A stretch of 64,000 nucleotides of DNA from an uncultured delta proteobacterium (GTDB lineage: Bacteria > Myxococcota_A > Polyangia > Palsa-1104). Shown piece by piece: positions 61,424-64,000 of this stretch (positions are counted from its first letter, which is position 1; every line of letters begins with the position of its first letter). The stretch lies in the NCBI GenBank assembly GCA_963785725.1, contig CAWAWS010000020.1:160001-224000 (forward strand). The letters are read 5' to 3'. Both the position numbers and the translations under genes were made by a program. Under the pieces are notes generated by a model, which did not search any database, was not told where the DNA came from, and worked only from the letters and a program-made list of their open reading frames with translations.

Positions 61424-62731
61424 GTGAATCGTCTCCTCGTTCTATCCTTGTTCGTTTTCGGCGGCTGCATCGGCAGCGCGGCTCCCAACGGCGCGGCCGG
61501 TGGCAACAGCTACGCCGGCGGCGGCGGCTCCGCCGGTTCCGGCGGTGGCTCGGCCGGTGGCGCGGCAGGCGGTGCTGCAGGCGGCGGCGGCGCGGCTGGC
61601 GGTTCGGCGGGCGGCGGCGGCACGACGACGGACGACGGCGGCGCGCCGTCATCGGGCGGCGCCGACATGACGCTGCCGACGGGCACGCCGTTCTTGTACG
61701 TCGGCGGCTACGCGAACCAGATCTCGATCTACACGTTTGACGACACGACGGGAAAGCTGACCGCCACGGCGGCTTCACCGGTCGCGTTCGCGGGCTCGCC
61801 GTCGTTCTTGGCCGTCGATCCGCTGCATCGTTATCTTTATGCCGTCGACGAGGACAACAGCCAAGTCGTCGGCTACACCATCGACGCGACGACCGGCGCG
61901 TTGACGGCGGCGGGCGCGCGCGTCGGCTCGGGCGGCTCGGGCCCCGCGTTCTTGTCGGTCGATCGCACGGGCAAGTACGTGCTCGTGCCCAACTACACGA
62001 ACGGCGCCGTGGCGACGTTTCCCATCGGCGCCAACGGCGCGCTCGGCGCGCAGATCGGCTCGGGCGCGCCGGGACAGCTGGCGCACATGATGATCACCGA
62101 CCCGGCCAACAAGTACGCGTTCGTGCCCTGCCTCATGTCGAACTACATCGCGGAGTACACGTTCGACGATACGACCGGGAAGATTGGCGCCAAGCCGGTG
62201 ACGACGTTCGCGCCCGCGCAGCCGGCGGCGGCGGCGCAAGGTCCGCGGCACATCGCCTTCGCGCCCAGCGGCAAGATGGTCTACCTCATCAACGAGACGG
62301 CGAGCACGATGACGTCGTTCACGTATGACCCGACGACGGGCGCGCTCGTGCCGACGCAGACGCTGTCGACGCTGCCGACCGGCGTCGCCAACACCGGCAT
62401 GACCGGCGCCGAGGTGGTCGTGCATCCCAACGGCAAGTGGCTCTACGGCTCCAATCGCGACGCTGCCGGCAAGAACGACAGCATCGCCGTCTTCGACCTC
62501 GATGCGACGGGCAAGATGACCATGGCCACGACCGTCAAATCGGGCGGCGTCGGCCCGCGCAACTTCACCGTCGATCCCACCGGGCAATGGATGATCGTCG
62601 CCAACCAGATGGGCAACAACATCGTCGTCTTCAAGATCGACCCGACGACCGGCATTCCCGCGGCCGTGAACACGCCGACGACGGTGTCGATGCCGTCGTT
62701 CGTCGGCATCGTCAATCTGCCCGGCAGCTAG
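61424..62731 (+). CDS. Lactonase-family (6-phosphogluconolactonase-like) beta-propeller lipoprotein
   Basis: Lipobox FGGC, Gly linker, PSFLA, GPRHIAF, YGSNR, PRNF. Confidence 0.88.
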   Translation: MNRLLVLSLFVFGGCIGSAAPNGAAGGNSYAGGGGSAGSGGGSAGGAAGGAAGGGGAAGGSAGGGGTTTDDGGAPSSGGADMTLPTGTPFLYVGGYANQISIYTFDDTTGKLTATAASPVAFAGSPSFLAVDPLHRYLYAVDEDNSQVVGYTIDATTGALTAAGARVGSGGSGPAFLSVDRTGKYVLVPNYTNGAVATFPIGANGALGAQIGSGAPGQLAHMMITDPANKYAFVPCLMSNYIAEYTFDDTTGKIGAKPVTTFAPAQPAAAAQGPRHIAFAPSGKMVYLINETASTMTSFTYDPTTGALVPTQTLSTLPTGVANTGMTGAEVVVHPNGKWLYGSNRDAAGKNDSIAVFDLDATGKMTMATTVKSGGVGPRNFTVDPTGQWMIVANQMGNNIVVFKIDPTTGIPAAVNTPTTVSMPSFVGIVNLPGS

Positions 62732-62840
62732 CGCGCGCGGCGTTAGCGTGCGCGTTTGATGCGCGGGTGCTCTCGCATCGTCGCCGAATGCGCGGGCGTG
62801 TCGTGCTCGGCGGGCGTGCGCTGGATCGCGACTGCCGACG

Positions 62841-63500
62841 CTATTGCCAAGTGACGTCGCAGCGCCATTTGATCGCCGGCACGTCTTTGACGACGCCGTC
62901 TGGCTCGTGCGGCAGGATCGTGCGCGACAAGGGATTCGTCGCGCCGGCCGCGGCCAACACGACGTCGACGTACGCCTCCATCACGCCCGAGAACCACGGC
63001 GCCAACAGCGCCGGCAGGCCGCGACAGCTGAGAATGACGCGCCGCTCGCTCTCCTTTTCGAGCTGCCGCTCGGACGCGAAGTCCATGTACTGCGCCATCA
63101 GCGCCGGCAAACGTTCGACGGCGCTCATCGGCGACACCAGCTTGAGCAGCATCCGATAGACGCCGCCGATATCCTTTTGCGCCTGATAACGCGAGCGAAT
63201 GCGCAAGAACTCGGAATACGTCTTGTGCGATTGGCGCGCGCAGACATAACCGGCGACGACGAGCGGAATGATGTCGTAGAAGCTCGACGGCAGAAACGTC
63301 CGGCGGAAGAACTCGGCCAGCGCGGGATCGCGAAAGCCGCGCAGCATTTCGTCGACGCCGCCCGGCACCTGCTCGGCGACATAGTCGAGGTGACCGCGAT
63401 ACGCTCCGCCCTTGATGCGAAACGGGCCTTCACCAGGCGGATACGGTAGCGGCTTCGATTCGTCGAGCGGCTCGATCGGCGGCATCTGCGAATGCGGCAT
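62841..63500 (-). CDS. DUF2378-like myxobacterial protein
   Basis: FRIKG..FLPSSFYD..C-terminal RCDVTW; an alternative start is at 63515. Confidence 0.65.
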   Translation of the reverse strand: MPHSQMPPIEPLDESKPLPYPPGEGPFRIKGGAYRGHLDYVAEQVPGGVDEMLRGFRDPALAEFFRRTFLPSSFYDIIPLVVAGYVCARQSHKTYSEFLRIRSRYQAQKDIGGVYRMLLKLVSPMSAVERLPALMAQYMDFASERQLEKESERRVILSCRGLPALLAPWFSGVMEAYVDVVLAAAGATNPLSRTILPHEPDGVVKDVPAIKWRCDVTWQ

Positions 63501-63548
63501 TGCGACGCCTTTCATTCAGGCGCAACGCAAGCGCCCGACGCCGTAATT

Positions 63549-64000
63549 TTACAACGCGGATCCGTCGGAGGCACACAGCCACAGCTTGTCGCGACCTTCG
63601 TCACCACCGAGGCCGAGCAGCGCGCGCTCGCCGCGCGCGATCGCATTGCCACACTTGGCGCACACGACTTCGCGATTGGCGATGACGTCCTGCCACGCGT
63701 CGACGGAATCGAGCAGCGCGGCGGAATCGGAGCGCGGCTCGTATTTCACGGCCGGCTCGCGCGCCGACAGCGGCCGCTGCCCTTTGGCCGACTCGGCGAT
63801 GCGCAGCGCGTCGCGCTTGACCACCTCGCCCAAGTTGCGCGTCGTCGCCACGACATCGTCGACGAGATCGAAGGTGTCTTCGAGCACGTGGCGAATCAGC
63901 TGCGACACGGTCACTCGCTTGCGCTTCGCCTCTTTTTGCAGCTGCTCGCTCAGCTCTTCGGGCACGCGCGCTTGAATGATGCTGTCCTTGCGCTCGTCGG
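63549..64000 (-). CDS. Ribbon-helix-helix (CopG-like) regulator with a C-terminal Cys cluster; 5' end lies outside the window
   Basis: KDSIIQARVPEELSEQLQKEAK..VSQLIRHVLED; CAKC..WLC. Confidence 0.7.
   Translation of the reverse strand, partial: DERKDSIIQARVPEELSEQLQKEAKRKRVTVSQLIRHVLEDTFDLVDDVVATTRNLGEVVKRDALRIAESAKGQRPLSAREPAVKYEPRSDSAALLDSVDAWQDVIANREVVCAKCGNAIARGERALLGLGGDEGRDKLWLCASDGSAL

Overview
A high-GC window whose gene content points to a myxobacterium, probably class Polyangia. This is inferred from the Hanks kinases with TPR/PEGA partners, the many Cys/Gly-rich lipoproteins and the DUF2378-like proteins. It holds about 55 genes and no rRNA, tRNA, CRISPR array or transposase that I can see. 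The most notable gene is 54490..56244 (-). It fuses an Flp/Tad pilin N-terminus to a complete HINT auto-processing domain and an unrecognised effector-like C-terminal domain, and has no immunity gene next to it. It lies downstream of two tandem GH19 chitinase lipoproteins, and each of the three genes has its own sigma54-type promoter. A convergent M23 peptidase closes the locus. Together this suggests a candidate Tad-pilus-delivered, self-processing effector in a predation/antifungal locus. Other points: an orphan bufferin-like Cys-rich peptide beside a 5'-truncated SDR; three long palindromic elements that each begin at a TAG stop codon; a 20-bp palindromic tandem array; a pseudokinase; a DprE1/DprE2-like operon; two lipoprotein mannanases; apparent widespread leaderless transcription; and single-base indels in hflX and frmA that look like sequencing errors. 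Family calls come from motif recognition by eye; no database searches were run.
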